A stretch of DNA of 64,000 nt, from the NCBI GenBank assembly GCA_049643885.1, contig JBARQV010000010.1:758-64757 (forward strand). The letters run 5' to 3'. The position numbers were made by a program, and so were the translations under genes. The notes under the pieces were generated by a model, which had not been told where the DNA came from, ran no database searches, and was given only the letters and a program-made list of their open reading frames with translations. Positions within the stretch are counted from its first letter, which is position 1. Each line of letters starts with the position of its first letter. Below are positions 9,448 through 19,493 of this stretch, piece after piece. The DNA is from Candidatus Omnitrophota bacterium (GTDB lineage: Bacteria > Omnitrophota > Gorgyraeia > Tantalellales > Tantalellaceae).

Positions 9448-9508
9448 TGTTTCTCCTCTACAGGCTTACGCCTGTAGTATCCATTCCCCCACACGGAAGT
9501 GTGGGGTC

Positions 9509-9736
9509 TTATTTTTCCTCGATTATCTCGATGGCACAATCCGGACATATTATCGCGCATAGTCCGCAATGAGTGCACTTTTCCGGATCTTTCAAATTTA
9601 CATACCGGCAGCCTTTCTTGTTGACCTCTTTCGTCAGTTCAAGCACGTGCTGGGGACATACATTAACGCATAAGATACATCCCTTGCATCTTTCCTTATC
9701 TATTTTAAGTTTCATGGTATTCGTCTTCGCTTTCAT
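9509..9736 (-). CDS. 2-oxoacid:ferredoxin oxidoreductase, delta subunit (2x[4Fe-4S] ferredoxin)
   Basis: Two CxxCxxCxxxCP motifs (CKGCILCVNVCP and CTHCGLCAIICP). GGAAAGG RBS before ATG 9736. Confidence 0.8.
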   Translation of the reverse strand: MKAKTNTMKLKIDKERCKGCILCVNVCPQHVLELTKEVNKKGCRYVNLKDPEKCTHCGLCAIICPDCAIEIIEEK

Positions 9737-9744
9737 AGCCTTTC

Positions 9745-11619
9745 CTACAGTATTTCGTTTTCGATGGTCACGGCGACCTCATCCGGGGTAAGATGATACT
9801 TCCTCAAAAGTTCTTCCCTTGTTCCGTGCTCTATGAATTCATCCGGAAGGCCGAGGCATCTTATCTCCACATTGTTGATCTTTTCTCGTTCCATGAACTC
9901 CAGCACCGCCGTCCCGAACCCTCCGCTGACTATGCCCTCTTCGATAGTAATTATCTTTTTCACTTTTCGGAAAACATCTTCCAGCATCTGCCCGTCCAGG
10001 GGTTTGATGAACCGGGCATTGATGACCGAAGCCTCGATCCCTTTCCGGGATAAGAGTTCCCCCACTTCCAACGCGGTGTTTACCATACTCCCGACTGCCA
10101 GAATGGCCAGGTCCTTGCCGCTTCTTAAAGCTTCAGCCTTTCCGATCTCAAGCGGAGCACAGGAAGCAAGGCTAACAAGCTGCCGCGCGCTCCCCCGTGG
10201 GTATCTTATCGAAACCGGCTTATCCCATTCTATAGCTTTTTCAAGCATAATTTCAAGCTCTGGACCGTCTTTAGGAGCCATCACTACAAACCCGGGCAGA
10301 CTCCTCATATAAGCAATGTCGAAATTTCCATGATGAGTGGGCCCATCTTCGCCCACCAGCCCGGCCCGGTCCAAACAAAAGACGACCGGCAGACGCTGCA
10401 GGGCGACATCGTGCACAAGCTGATCATAGGACCTCTGCAGAAAAGTGGAATAGATCGCCACTACCGGTTTAAGGCCTCCTTTTGCCATGCCGGCAGCAAA
10501 AGTCACCGCGTGGGCTTCCGTGATCCCTACATCGTAAAAGCGTTCGGGATACTTCTTGGCAAAACTCTGTAACCCTGTTCCATCCGACATCGCAGCAGTG
10601 ACCGTGACTAACCTTTTATCCCTACGTCCGAGTTCGACTATCTTTTTTGAAAAATGCTGTGTAAATGTTTCTGCAGCTTTATCCTCCTTTATGGTCTTTC
10701 CCGTCGGGATATCAAAAGAACTTACCCCGTGAAAACTGGTCGGGTCTTCTTCCGCGAATCTGTAACCTTTTCCTTTTTTGGTGATCACGTGGATGAACAC
10801 AGGTTCCTTTAGATCCAACGTATTTCGGAATATGGAGATCAGGTCGTCGATATTGTGCCCGTCAATCGGACCAAAATACCGGAATCCCAGTTCCTCGAAC
10901 AGGATCCCCGGTACGATAAGGTTCTTTAAACTTTCCAGAAATTTTTTCACACTCTTGTAAGCCCCAGAGCCGAGTTTGGGGATATTTTTTATGACTCTTT
11001 CCCCTTCTTCCCTGACCCTGTTATAAAGAGGATTGGAGATGACTTTGTTTAAATACCTGTTCAGCGCCCCGACCGGTTTTGAAATAGATTGTTCGTTGTC
11101 GTTCAGTATGATGGCTATCTTCGTCCTCATATGTCCGGCATGGTTCATCCCCTCGAAAGCCAGTCCTGTGGCCAGCGAAGCATCGCCTATCACGGCCGCT
11201 ACCTTGTAGTTTCCTTTCTTAAGGTCGCGAGCTGAAGCCAGGCCGAGAGCTGAAGAAATGGAGGTCGCACTATGCCCGCAGGTGAACGGATCATGCTCAC
11301 TCTCTACCGCGCTGGGGAATCCGCTCAGCCCTCCCATCTGCCTTAAGGTGTCAAATCTATCGTTCCTCCCGGTAAGCAGTTTATGAGCATAGCTCTGATG
11401 TCCGACATCCCAGACGATCTTGTCTTTGGGGCTGTCCAGGCAATAATGGAGGGCTATCGCCAGTTCCACCGTGCCCAGGCTGGCGGCAAGGTGCCCCCCT
11501 GAATGCGAGGTGGTATTGACGATCTTGTCTCTTATTTCCGCGGCCAGCTTTTTTAACTGGTTGCTGCCCAATTTTTTAAGATCCTGCGGTGATGAGATCT
11601 TATCCAAAAGTTCATACAT
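9745..11619 (-). CDS. dxs: 1-deoxy-D-xylulose-5-phosphate synthase
   Basis: 624 aa with HSGGHLAASLGTVELAIALHY and GDGA(S)xTGLAFEGMNHAG TPP motifs, full-length Dxs architecture. Confidence 0.93.
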   Translation of the reverse strand: MYELLDKISSPQDLKKLGSNQLKKLAAEIRDKIVNTTSHSGGHLAASLGTVELAIALHYCLDSPKDKIVWDVGHQSYAHKLLTGRNDRFDTLRQMGGLSGFPSAVESEHDPFTCGHSATSISSALGLASARDLKKGNYKVAAVIGDASLATGLAFEGMNHAGHMRTKIAIILNDNEQSISKPVGALNRYLNKVISNPLYNRVREEGERVIKNIPKLGSGAYKSVKKFLESLKNLIVPGILFEELGFRYFGPIDGHNIDDLISIFRNTLDLKEPVFIHVITKKGKGYRFAEEDPTSFHGVSSFDIPTGKTIKEDKAAETFTQHFSKKIVELGRRDKRLVTVTAAMSDGTGLQSFAKKYPERFYDVGITEAHAVTFAAGMAKGGLKPVVAIYSTFLQRSYDQLVHDVALQRLPVVFCLDRAGLVGEDGPTHHGNFDIAYMRSLPGFVVMAPKDGPELEIMLEKAIEWDKPVSIRYPRGSARQLVSLASCAPLEIGKAEALRSGKDLAILAVGSMVNTALEVGELLSRKGIEASVINARFIKPLDGQMLEDVFRKVKKIITIEEGIVSGGFGTAVLEFMEREKINNVEIRCLGLPDEFIEHGTREELLRKYHLTPDEVAVTIENEIL

Positions 11620-11631
11620 CGCTCTTACCTG

Positions 11632-11874
11632 TTATTCCTCTGTTTTTGCCTTCTTTTCCTGGAAAGCTTTTTTCTTGAATTTGCCTTTTTCGTCCCTGGA
11701 AAGCAGCTCGATCTTTTCCTTGGCCTTGCTTAGTTTTTCCTGGCAGATCCGGACCAGCTTTACGCCTTCTTCATACTTTTTAAGAGAATCCTCCAGCGAA
11801 AGGTCGCCGGCTTCAAGATCTTCAACTGTTTTCTCCAGCTTTTCAAGCGCCTTCTCGAAACTTATATCTTTCAT
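11632..11874 (-). CDS. xseB: Exodeoxyribonuclease VII small subunit
   Basis: 80 aa coiled-coil protein FEKALEKLEKTVEDLEAGDLSLEDSLKKYEEGVKLVRICQEKL, immediately downstream of xseA. Confidence 0.85.
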   Translation of the reverse strand: MKDISFEKALEKLEKTVEDLEAGDLSLEDSLKKYEEGVKLVRICQEKLSKAKEKIELLSRDEKGKFKKKAFQEKKAKTEE

Positions 11875-13127
11875 CCTTTTCCTCCCGCTCTTTCTTTCTC
11901 GATGCGCTTCACCGTGCTAAAAACCTCTCCCCGGGCAAGCCTGGTCCGCAGTGCGTCTCCGGCTTTCAGTCCAGCCGCGGTCTTTACGGTTTTTTCACCC
12001 TTAAAAGTAATACTGTAGCCCCGTTCTAAAACGGCAAGGGGACTCAACATCTCGAGCTTTCCCGCAGTGCCGGCAAATTCCTTGCTCTTGATCTCCACGC
12101 AGTGAGCGATGTTCGCCTGGACCGATTTGGCCAGGTCGTCTAGCTGCTGCTGGAGTTGTAGAAAAACGTTCATCGGGGCCCTGAGTACATAGCTCTCTTT
12201 AAGCCTCTTAAGATCCTTCTCCAGGATGTCTATCCTGGATCTTACTGCCGTCTTCATGCGAAGCGCGTAATCCATTATCCGGCCAGCAAGTTCTTCTTTT
12301 ACCGGTATCACCAGTTCCGCAGCGGCCGAAGGTGTTGGAGCCCTGAAATCCGCTGTAAAATCGGAGATCGTATAATCGACCTCGTGCCCCACTGCGCTTA
12401 TTACAGGTATCTCCGAAGCGAATATCGCCCGGGTGACTTTTTCCTCGTTGAACGGCCAGAGGTCTTCCAGACTGCCTCCTCCACGTCCCACGATAAGGAC
12501 ATCTATCGGATGTTCTTCGCTACCTGTCTCGGCAAGATAAGAATTATATTCATTAAATTCCTCTATAGCCTTGGCTATTTCGTGTTTGGCCTCTTCTCCC
12601 TGGACCTTGACCGGGCATATGGTTATTTCGACATTTGTGAAACGGCGCTTGGCCACCTTCAGGATATCCCTTATGGCCGCGCCCGTTGGGGACGTCACTA
12701 CCCCTATATGCACCGGCAGGTACGGCAGCGGTTTTTTATGCTCCGGGGCGAAAAGCCCTTCTTTGCGCAGTTTCTCTTTAAGTTGTTCGAAGGCAAGCTG
12801 CAGAGCGCCCTTGCCCTTGGGCTCCATCTTGCTCACGTAAAACTGGTATTGTCCGCGCTTGTCGTATACGCTTATCCGGCCGTAGCACAAGACATGCAAT
12901 CCGTCTTCCACGTCGAAAGCAAGGCGGGAACTGCTGTTCTTGAACATGACGCAGTTTATAAGACTGTTCTCGTCCTTGAGGCTGAAATACGCATGTCCCG
13001 AAGTATAAACCTTAAAATTTGATATCTCCCCTTCGACCCAAATTTCGGGGAAAGCATCTTCCAGCAAAAACCGGATATCTCTGGTAAGCTCGCTGACCGT
13101 GTAAATATGAGTTTCAGTTTTCTCCAT
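11871..13127 (-). CDS. xseA: Exodeoxyribonuclease VII large subunit
   Basis: OB-fold N-terminus (VSELTRDIRFLLEDAFPEIWVEGEISNFKVY) and catalytic domain. Start taken at ATG 13127 (MEKTETH) with AGGAAA RBS, because the ORF-track start at 13145 is a GTG. Confidence 0.88.
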   Translation of the reverse strand: MEKTETHIYTVSELTRDIRFLLEDAFPEIWVEGEISNFKVYTSGHAYFSLKDENSLINCVMFKNSSSRLAFDVEDGLHVLCYGRISVYDKRGQYQFYVSKMEPKGKGALQLAFEQLKEKLRKEGLFAPEHKKPLPYLPVHIGVVTSPTGAAIRDILKVAKRRFTNVEITICPVKVQGEEAKHEIAKAIEEFNEYNSYLAETGSEEHPIDVLIVGRGGGSLEDLWPFNEEKVTRAIFASEIPVISAVGHEVDYTISDFTADFRAPTPSAAAELVIPVKEELAGRIMDYALRMKTAVRSRIDILEKDLKRLKESYVLRAPMNVFLQLQQQLDDLAKSVQANIAHCVEIKSKEFAGTAGKLEMLSPLAVLERGYSITFKGEKTVKTAAGLKAGDALRTRLARGEVFSTVKRIEKERAGGKG

Positions 13128-13128
13128 G

Positions 13129-13905
13129 TTACTTTTCCTGAACACGTTTTATGCTTACAGCTTTCCCTGTTGAATCTTCGACTTCAACTATCACGCCGTG
13201 CATTTCCACGCCCCCGTCGGCCATCTCAAAACGAGTGGGCATTTGGCTCACAAAACGCAGTATGATCTGTTCTTTTTTTCTACCGATCACCGAATCATAC
13301 GGCCCTGTCATCCCGCAATCGGTGATGTACGCCGTTCCTTTAGGCAGGATCTTCTCGTCCGCTGTCTGAATATGAGTATGGGTCCCCAGGACCGCACTGG
13401 CCAGCCCGTCAAGATACCATCCCATCGAAACTTTCTCGCTGGTCGCTTCCGCGTGCATGTCGACGATTACTATCGGCGTTTCCTTACGCACTTTGTCTAT
13501 CTCTTTCTTGACGCGGACAAAAGGGCAGTCCACCGCTTCCATGAAGACTCGCCCCAGAAGGTTGATAACACCGACCTTCTTGCCGCCGCCGGCATTCACG
13601 ACGGTCGCCCCTCTGCCGATCGTCCCTTCCGGATAATTGGCAGGCCTTATGAGCCTGCTGCTGGTCTCGAGATAATCGTATATTTCTTTTCTTTTCCAGA
13701 TATGGTCGCCAGCGGTAAGAACATTGATCCCGTTCCGGAAAAGCTCGTCCGCGATCTGGGGTGTGACACCGCTGCCCCCGGCAGCGTTCTCGGCGTTGGC
13801 GATCACGAAATCGATCTTTTTTTCTTCCCTGTAGTCAGGCAGTCTGTCCTCGACGATCCGGCGTCCCGGTTTCCCGACAATATCACCCAGAAATAATATT
13901 CTCAT
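13129..13905 (-). CDS. ymdB: YmdB-family metallophosphoesterase (2',3'-cyclic-nucleotide phosphodiesterase)
   Basis: MRILFLGDIVGKPGR...GDH...GTHTH metallophosphatase motifs. Directly downstream of rny as in Bacillus. The ORF-track start at 13953 reads into a hairpin repeat, so start is taken at ATG 13905. Confidence 0.85.
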   Translation of the reverse strand: MRILFLGDIVGKPGRRIVEDRLPDYREEKKIDFVIANAENAAGGSGVTPQIADELFRNGINVLTAGDHIWKRKEIYDYLETSSRLIRPANYPEGTIGRGATVVNAGGGKKVGVINLLGRVFMEAVDCPFVRVKKEIDKVRKETPIVIVDMHAEATSEKVSMGWYLDGLASAVLGTHTHIQTADEKILPKGTAYITDCGMTGPYDSVIGRKKEQIILRFVSQMPTRFEMADGGVEMHGVIVEVEDSTGKAVSIKRVQEK

Positions 13906-13920
13906 GAATTTCCCTTTTCT

Positions 13921-14000
13921 GTCATCCCGGGGGAGACCCGGGATGACATACAAATATTACTTGATCCCGGACATTCGCCTTCGGCGAATTCCGGGATGAC
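13921..14000. repeat. GTCATCCCGG hairpin-repeat cluster (two units) in the rny-ymdB intergenic region
   Basis: gtcatcccggg-ggaga-cccgggatgac and gatcccggacattcgccttcggcgaattccgggatgac. The second unit is near-identical to 32033-32070. Confidence 0.75.
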
Positions 14001-14050
14001 GTTCGGTCATGCAACTTACGCCGCTTCCCTCCGTAAGTTGCGTCCTCACG

Positions 14051-15625
14051 TCACTTCGCGTACTCTATTGACCTGGTCTCGCGAATAACAACGACCTTGA
14101 TCTGGCCCGGGTACTGCATGCTGCTCTCGATCTTCTTTTTTATTTCCTGGGCCATCATCGCCGCTTTGGCATCGTCTATCTTTTCCGGCTGGACGATGAT
14201 GCGTATTTCCCGGCCGGCCTGGATAGCGAAGGTCTTTTCTACTCCTTCGAATTCATTGGCGATGCCCTCAAGGTTTTCCAACCTCTTGATATATGACTCA
14301 AGGGTCTCCCTTCTGGCCCCGGGGCGCCCGGCGCTAATGGCATCCGCTGCCTGCAACAGGACCGCCAGAAGAGTTTTGGGTTCGATGTCGCCGTGGTGGG
14401 CTTCAATAGCATGAGCTACTATTTCAGGTTCCCCGTACTTCCTTGCCAGGTCTGCCCCGATCTTGGTATGTGTTCCTTCTACTTCATGTGAAACGGCTTT
14501 CCCAATATCATGCAAAGCGCCGATGCGCTTGGCCAGGTTGACATCGAGCCGGAGCTCCCCAGCCATGGTCGCCATAAGGTAAGCTGTCTCTTTTGAATGC
14601 TGTAGAACGTTCTGCCCATAGCTGGTGCGGAACTTGAGCCTCCCCAGGAGTTTCACGATCTCCGAATGCACACCATGGATACCGAGAACCAGAAGTATGT
14701 TCTCGCCTTCCTGTTTCACGGTCGCTTCCATTTCCTTTTTTACCTTTTCCACGACTTCTTCAATGCGGCCAGGGTGTATCCGTCCGTCCTCCAGAAGCCT
14801 TTCCAGGGACATTCTCGCGATCTCCCGGCGAAACCTGTCGAACCCCGAAATGATGACCGCCTCGGGTGTATCGTCAATGATGATATCCACTCCGGTTGCC
14901 ATCTCCAGGGCTCGGATGTTCCTTCCTTCCCGGCCTATGATCCTCCCTTTCATCTCTTCCGAGGGCAGGTTTACCACGCTGACCGTGGTATCGACAGTGT
15001 GGTCGACAGCACACTTTTGTATTGCCAAGCCGACTATCTTCCTGGCCTCCCTATCGGCCTTTTCCCTGGTCTCTTCCTGGATCCTCTTGACGGTCATTGC
15101 CGCCTCGCTCTTGGCTTCGTTTTCCATCTTCTGGATGAGCATTTTTTTGGCCTGCTCCTTGCTCATGCCGGAAATCTCCTGGAGCCTGGTCTTCTCTTCC
15201 TGGTACAACTTTTCTAACTCTTCTTTTTTCCGATGGATCTCATCGTTTTTTTGTTTTACATGGCTTTCTGTTTTTCTAAGGTCCTTCTCTTTCTGATCTA
15301 TCAGTTCGACCTTGCGGTCAAGGTTTTCCTCCCTCTGGAGAAGGCGCTTTTCCATTGCCGAAAGTTCCTTCCTTCTCTCTCTCGTCTCCTCCTCGAATTC
15401 GGCCCTCATCTTAAGCAGAAAATCCTTGGCTTCAAGGGCAGATTCCCTTTTCCTGCGCTCGGCTTCGACTTTGGACTTAGTGATGATGTTTTTGGCCTTA
15501 TCTTCGGCGTGCTTTACTTTCATCTTGGCCGTGTACTTCCTCAATACATAGCCAAGAATAAAGAAAAAAGCACTGCCAAGAAGAGCAAAACCTATATAAC
15601 TAACAGTCACGTTACCTGTGTTCAT
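14051..15625 (-). CDS. rny: Ribonuclease Y
   Basis: N-terminal TM helix, long coiled-coil, KH domain (GRIIGREGRNIRALE) and HD domain (HSKETAYL...HDIGK). CCTCC RBS before ATG 15625 (MNTGNVT); the ORF-track start at 15724 is an overcall. Confidence 0.92.
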   Translation of the reverse strand: MNTGNVTVSYIGFALLGSAFFFILGYVLRKYTAKMKVKHAEDKAKNIITKSKVEAERRKRESALEAKDFLLKMRAEFEEETRERRKELSAMEKRLLQREENLDRKVELIDQKEKDLRKTESHVKQKNDEIHRKKEELEKLYQEEKTRLQEISGMSKEQAKKMLIQKMENEAKSEAAMTVKRIQEETREKADREARKIVGLAIQKCAVDHTVDTTVSVVNLPSEEMKGRIIGREGRNIRALEMATGVDIIIDDTPEAVIISGFDRFRREIARMSLERLLEDGRIHPGRIEEVVEKVKKEMEATVKQEGENILLVLGIHGVHSEIVKLLGRLKFRTSYGQNVLQHSKETAYLMATMAGELRLDVNLAKRIGALHDIGKAVSHEVEGTHTKIGADLARKYGEPEIVAHAIEAHHGDIEPKTLLAVLLQAADAISAGRPGARRETLESYIKRLENLEGIANEFEGVEKTFAIQAGREIRIIVQPEKIDDAKAAMMAQEIKKKIESSMQYPGQIKVVVIRETRSIEYAK

Positions 15626-15683
15626 AATATCCTCCTTATGAATGATTGATGCAAATAAGACGTAGTTGTTAGGTTTGCGGGAG

Positions 15684-16259
15684 TCAGGCCGAGATGACCC
15701 GGTGAACAGGCCGGTCGTGAGCATCGACAGGAAGCGCGTCTACGATCTGAAAGCTGAATGCTAGACCTATCGTTTTTGAAGAAGACAGTTCTTCGTTCGC
15801 GAGGAATCTGTCAAAATATCCTTTTCCTCTTCCCAGTCTCATATTTTGCCTATCAAACGCTATTCCAGGGACCACGATGAGATCTATCTCCTTCAGCGAC
15901 ACTGCCTTGGCAGGGCCATTCTCCGGTTCATGTATCCCGAAGGGCCCTTCCACCAGCTCATCTATCGAAGTAAGCTCAGATGCAATTATCGACTGGCTTA
16001 CGGTATTTATGCACGGCACAGCGAGTTTTTTGCCTCTCTCCAGCATTTTTCTAATGAAATAATGGGTGTCGACCTCCGTCGGAAGCGACACATAAGCCAT
16101 CACAACCCGGCTTTCTTTAAACTCCAGGCTGGAAAGAAGCTCATCCTGCACCTTGCGGCTCCTATCCTTCCTTAAAGAAGGATCCTGTTCCCGCAATTGC
16201 CTGATTAACTCCTTTCTGATTTCTTCTTTTGACCGTATAATATTCAATTTTAAGCTCAT
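15684..16259 (-). CDS. 5-formyltetrahydrofolate cyclo-ligase
   Basis: 191 aa with MAYVSLPTEVDT...VPGIAFDRQNMRLGRGKGYFDRFL MTHFS family motifs. Confidence 0.8.
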   Translation of the reverse strand: MSLKLNIIRSKEEIRKELIRQLREQDPSLRKDRSRKVQDELLSSLEFKESRVVMAYVSLPTEVDTHYFIRKMLERGKKLAVPCINTVSQSIIASELTSIDELVEGPFGIHEPENGPAKAVSLKEIDLIVVPGIAFDRQNMRLGRGKGYFDRFLANEELSSSKTIGLAFSFQIVDALPVDAHDRPVHRVISA

Positions 16260-16311
16260 ATATTATACAATATTCTCCTATATATGCCTAATTTTTTATT
16301 TTTTGGTCCTT

Positions 16312-16530
16312 TTATACCGTTTCTACCCGCTCTATTTCGGGTATTTCCTGTTTCAGGGCCTGTTCCACGACGTTTTTTAGCGTCATCTGGCTCATTGGAC
16401 ATCCGGCGCAAGCCCCTCGCAGGGCTACCTTCACAACATTGCCCTCTACCGAGACAAGTTCTATATCTCCCCCGTCCCGCTGCAGGAGCGGACGGATCTT
16501 ATCTATAGCATCACGTACTCTTTCTTCCAT
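16312..16530 (-). CDS. NifU-like (Nfu) Fe-S cluster scaffold domain protein
   Basis: MEERVRDAIDKIRPLLQRDGGDIELVSVEGNVVKVALRGACAGCPMSQMTL with the CxxC of the NifU C-terminal domain. AAGGGG RBS before ATG 16530. Confidence 0.8.
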   Translation of the reverse strand: MEERVRDAIDKIRPLLQRDGGDIELVSVEGNVVKVALRGACAGCPMSQMTLKNVVEQALKQEIPEIERVETV

Positions 16531-16603
16531 GATTTCCCCTTTCGTTATATTGTTATGCAAGAAGGGACGATATAATACGATACATTGACAAAAAAGTCAA
16601 TGA

Positions 16604-16996
16604 TCATGGTTGTTTCTTTGTAACGCGGGGCGATAACCCGGGATTCTTCCTTATATACAGACCCACCCCGGCATAGGTGATAATGGTAGCGGCCAAAGCC
16701 CCGGCAAAACTTGCGACCGGGGCACCTGAAAGGGCATAAAGCGCAAAAATGGTCCCGGTAAAAACTGCTAAAGGGATGCCGTATAAAAGGGTATACAGCT
16801 TGAGCATCATCGAACTTTCCATTGCTATCTCAACGGGGTCTCCTACACTGAGCCCCTGCGCCTTTTCCCCGCTTACGCTTATCCTCCTGGGCCGGCCGGC
16901 TCCGCAAATGCCGCATTTGTGGCACTCCTCGTGGGGCTTTACTTCTATCACTATGGTACCGCTTCTGGCCTCGACCACTTTCCCCCGTTCTTTCAT
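16604..16996 (-). CDS. RseC/MucC-family protein (SoxR-reducing system / sigma-E regulator type)
   Basis: N-terminal cysteine cluster (CHKCGICGAG) followed by two TM helices, the RseC-like architecture. Confidence 0.55.
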   Translation of the reverse strand: MKERGKVVEARSGTIVIEVKPHEECHKCGICGAGRPRRISVSGEKAQGLSVGDPVEIAMESSMMLKLYTLLYGIPLAVFTGTIFALYALSGAPVASFAGALAATIITYAGVGLYIRKNPGLSPRVTKKQP

Positions 16997-18000
16997 ATCC
17001 TCATCTCCTTGATCTTCTCTTTAGGCAAGGGCGGTACTGCCAGTGTGCTCTTGTCCTTATCCTCGACCCAGTATTCAACCGGGACTTTTTCTTCGCCCTT
17101 GAATTTTGAATGGCTCACAACAAGGGAAGCGGCGGTCTTTACATGGTTTTCGCTCTTTTTGCCCCGGAGTAGGGCATAAGGCCCGGGCTTATCCTTGAGA
17201 CGCAGGATCATGTCCCTGTTCTCTTTAAGGCCGGCGATACCGTTATTGTCCTTTTCGTCCCTCCCTACCACGACCTTGGTCTCCCGGTCCATGCGGAAAT
17301 GCCTTCCGTATTTCAAAAGGTCGATATTCTTAATAGCAAGGCTATCGGTATCTATAAGATCTTTCACCTTTTTGGCGAATATCGGGTCCGCCAAAAGACA
17401 TCCCCCTGCGGGGGGAAAGAATTTCTTTATCCCGTACTTCCTGGCCAGTTCGAACTGTCTTTTTCTTGACCGTCCTTCTATGTCCAGAAGTCTCTCCCTG
17501 TCCACGACGCCTTCTTTTTCGGGGATAGTCTCGTCCAGGAGCTTGGCTGAAAGCGGCCGGAGCAGATACCCGTCAAGAGATGAGCTTTTCCTGATGATGT
17601 TAAGGGCGTCCCTCCTCTGGGACATCGGACGCTCGCCAAGCACTTCCCCGGTAACGACAAAATCGGCACCCTCTTCTTTCATCACCTCCCAGGCCTTCCG
17701 CAACATGAATATCTTACAGTCGATACACGGGTTCATGTTGGAACCATACCCGTGTTTAGGCGATTTCAGGATATTAAGGAATTCTTTTGATATATCTACG
17801 ATCTTTACCGGGATACCTGCTTCGTTCGAAGCGATGTGGACATTATGGGAAAAATCACGCACACTGGTGGAAGCAACGGACATGACGAAGGCCACGCCCT
17901 GCACTTCTATCCCCTGCTCCTGGACCAATTTGGCAGCCAGCAGGCTGTCCAGCCCTCCTGAAATAAGAGCTACCGCTTTCCTTTTAACTTTTCCAGCCAT
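16993..18000 (-). CDS. ThiI-like PP-loop ATPase (adenine nucleotide alpha-hydrolase superfamily, probable tRNA thiolation enzyme) without a THUMP domain
   Basis: SGGLDS PP-loop at residues 14-19, CIDCK motif and a TGEVLGERPMSQ...LLRPL segment resembling the ThiI catalytic domain. Confidence 0.55.
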   Translation of the reverse strand: MAGKVKRKAVALISGGLDSLLAAKLVQEQGIEVQGVAFVMSVASTSVRDFSHNVHIASNEAGIPVKIVDISKEFLNILKSPKHGYGSNMNPCIDCKIFMLRKAWEVMKEEGADFVVTGEVLGERPMSQRRDALNIIRKSSSLDGYLLRPLSAKLLDETIPEKEGVVDRERLLDIEGRSRKRQFELARKYGIKKFFPPAGGCLLADPIFAKKVKDLIDTDSLAIKNIDLLKYGRHFRMDRETKVVVGRDEKDNNGIAGLKENRDMILRLKDKPGPYALLRGKKSENHVKTAASLVVSHSKFKGEEKVPVEYWVEDKDKSTLAVPPLPKEKIKEMRI

Positions 18001-19277
18001 TCCTTTATTTTCTTTTCGTACCCCATCTCTGTAGGCATGTAATAAGTCTTCTTTCTCCGCATATAATCCTGTTTGACGAAGTGATCTTCGAAAGAATGGG
18101 CATATTTATAATCCTGGCCGTGTCCGAGTTTTTCGGCCCCGGGATAATTGGCGTCCTTAAGATCATCCGGCACTTCCTGCGTCCTCTGGGTCTCAATATC
18201 TTTTATGGCCTTGTGGATCGCCATGTACGAGGCGTTGCTTTTCGGCGCGCAGGCAACGTAAATAGTGGCCTGCGCCAGTGGTATCTTCGCTTCCGGTAAA
18301 CCGACAAAATCAGCTACCTGCATGGCCGCGTTCGCCACCACCAGGGCCTGTGGATCGGCGTTGCCTACATCTTCTGCGGCACATATCACCAGCCGCCTGG
18401 CAATGAACCTCGGGTCTTCTCCCGCCACGACCATCTTAGCCAGCCAGTAAATCGCAGCGTCCGGATCGGATCCCCTCATGCTTTTGATGTACGCGCTTGC
18501 CGCATCGTAATGGGCGTCACCGTCGCGGTCGTAAACAATCGCTTTTTTCTGTATGGACTCTTCCGCCTCCTTCAGGCCGATCTTAACCACCCCTTTCTTA
18601 TCCGCGGTACTGGTAAGAAAGGCGATCTCCAGAGCGCCTAAAGCTTTCCTGGCATCACCGTCGGATATGGCGGCCAGGTGATCAAGAGCCTCCTTGTCCA
18701 CGTTGATATCCTTTCCCTTCAGACCCCGCTCCTTGTCTTCAAGCGCTTTCTGTAAAATGGCAAGAACATCTTTCTTTTCAAGGGCTTTGAATTCAAATAT
18801 CTGACTCCTTGAAAGCAAGGCGGAATTCACCGTAAAGAAAGGGTTTTCCGTGGTCGTGCCCATAAGTATCACATTCCCTTCCTCCACATCCGGCATAAGC
18901 ACGTCCTGCTGCGCCTTGTTAAACCTGTGGATCTCGTCCAGCAAAAGTATGGTTTTCTGCCCGTTAAGGGCCCTCTGCTTCTTCGCGGCGTCTATTATCC
19001 GGCGAATCTCTTTTACGTTGCTGGAAACCGCGTTCTGTCTTACGAACCGGGCCCCGGTCTTGTTTGAAATGATCATTGCCAAGGCGGTCTTCCCCGTACC
19101 CGGAGGCCCGTAAAATATTACCGAGCTAATGCGGTCAGCCTCTATCGCGCGCCGCAGGAGCTTGCCCTCGCCGACGATGTGTTCCTGCCCGTAGAAGTCC
19201 TCAAGCCGATGGGGACACATCCTCACCGGTAACGGCCCCGCCTTATCCTTCTTATTTTCCCTTTCAAAAAGGTCCAT
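17970..19277 (-). CDS. rarA: Replication-associated recombination protein A (AAA+ ATPase)
   Basis: GPPGTGKTALAMII Walker A, LLLDEIHRFNKAQQD Walker B/sensor, MgsA/RarA C-terminal domain. Confidence 0.9.
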   Translation of the reverse strand: MDLFERENKKDKAGPLPVRMCPHRLEDFYGQEHIVGEGKLLRRAIEADRISSVIFYGPPGTGKTALAMIISNKTGARFVRQNAVSSNVKEIRRIIDAAKKQRALNGQKTILLLDEIHRFNKAQQDVLMPDVEEGNVILMGTTTENPFFTVNSALLSRSQIFEFKALEKKDVLAILQKALEDKERGLKGKDINVDKEALDHLAAISDGDARKALGALEIAFLTSTADKKGVVKIGLKEAEESIQKKAIVYDRDGDAHYDAASAYIKSMRGSDPDAAIYWLAKMVVAGEDPRFIARRLVICAAEDVGNADPQALVVANAAMQVADFVGLPEAKIPLAQATIYVACAPKSNASYMAIHKAIKDIETQRTQEVPDDLKDANYPGAEKLGHGQDYKYAHSFEDHFVKQDYMRRKKTYYMPTEMGYEKKIKEWLEKLKGKR

Positions 19278-19304
19278 TATCCACTATCCATTATCCGCCA
19301 TTAG

Positions 19305-19493
19305 AAAATAAAAGGCCGGTGGTTAGCCGGCCTTAAATGCCCCGTCGGGCCGTAAACAATTGGAGAATTGTGACCTGGTCTTCCCAGGTGGGTGCCCTCC
19401 TGACAATCCCGAAGGAATGCCAGAGTTAAGCTCCCGATTTAGTGGTGTTGGTCCAATTCTCATTCGCTGTGCACGCACCCGACAGGAAACTCT
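19305..19493 (-). ncRNA. Candidate structured sRNA (about 190 nt, 6S-RNA-like architecture; identity unconfirmed)
   Basis: Reverse-strand sigma70-like promoter (TTGAAG at 19524-19529, 18-nt spacer, TATAAT at 19500-19505) immediately after the pheT stop. Terminal helix ccugucggg/cccgacggg, internal 12-bp helix gagaauuggacc/ggucacaauucuc separated by a 16/13-nt internal loop. Ends in an intrinsic terminator ggccggcuaaccaccggcc followed by UUUUAUUUU. Confidence 0.4.

Noticed and set aside
14625-15296. Serine/phenylalanine-rich plus-strand ORFs opposite rny
   Set aside because: Antisense to the lysine/glutamate-rich coiled-coil region of RNase Y. Low-complexity shadow ORFs.
19305-19493. SRP (4.5S) RNA or RNase P RNA identity for the candidate sRNA
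   Set aside because: It lacks the conserved GGAAGGAAGCAGC domain-IV motif of SRP RNA and the AGGAAAGUCCGGGCUCC / P4 signatures of RNase P RNA. Kept only as a generic, 6S-like candidate.
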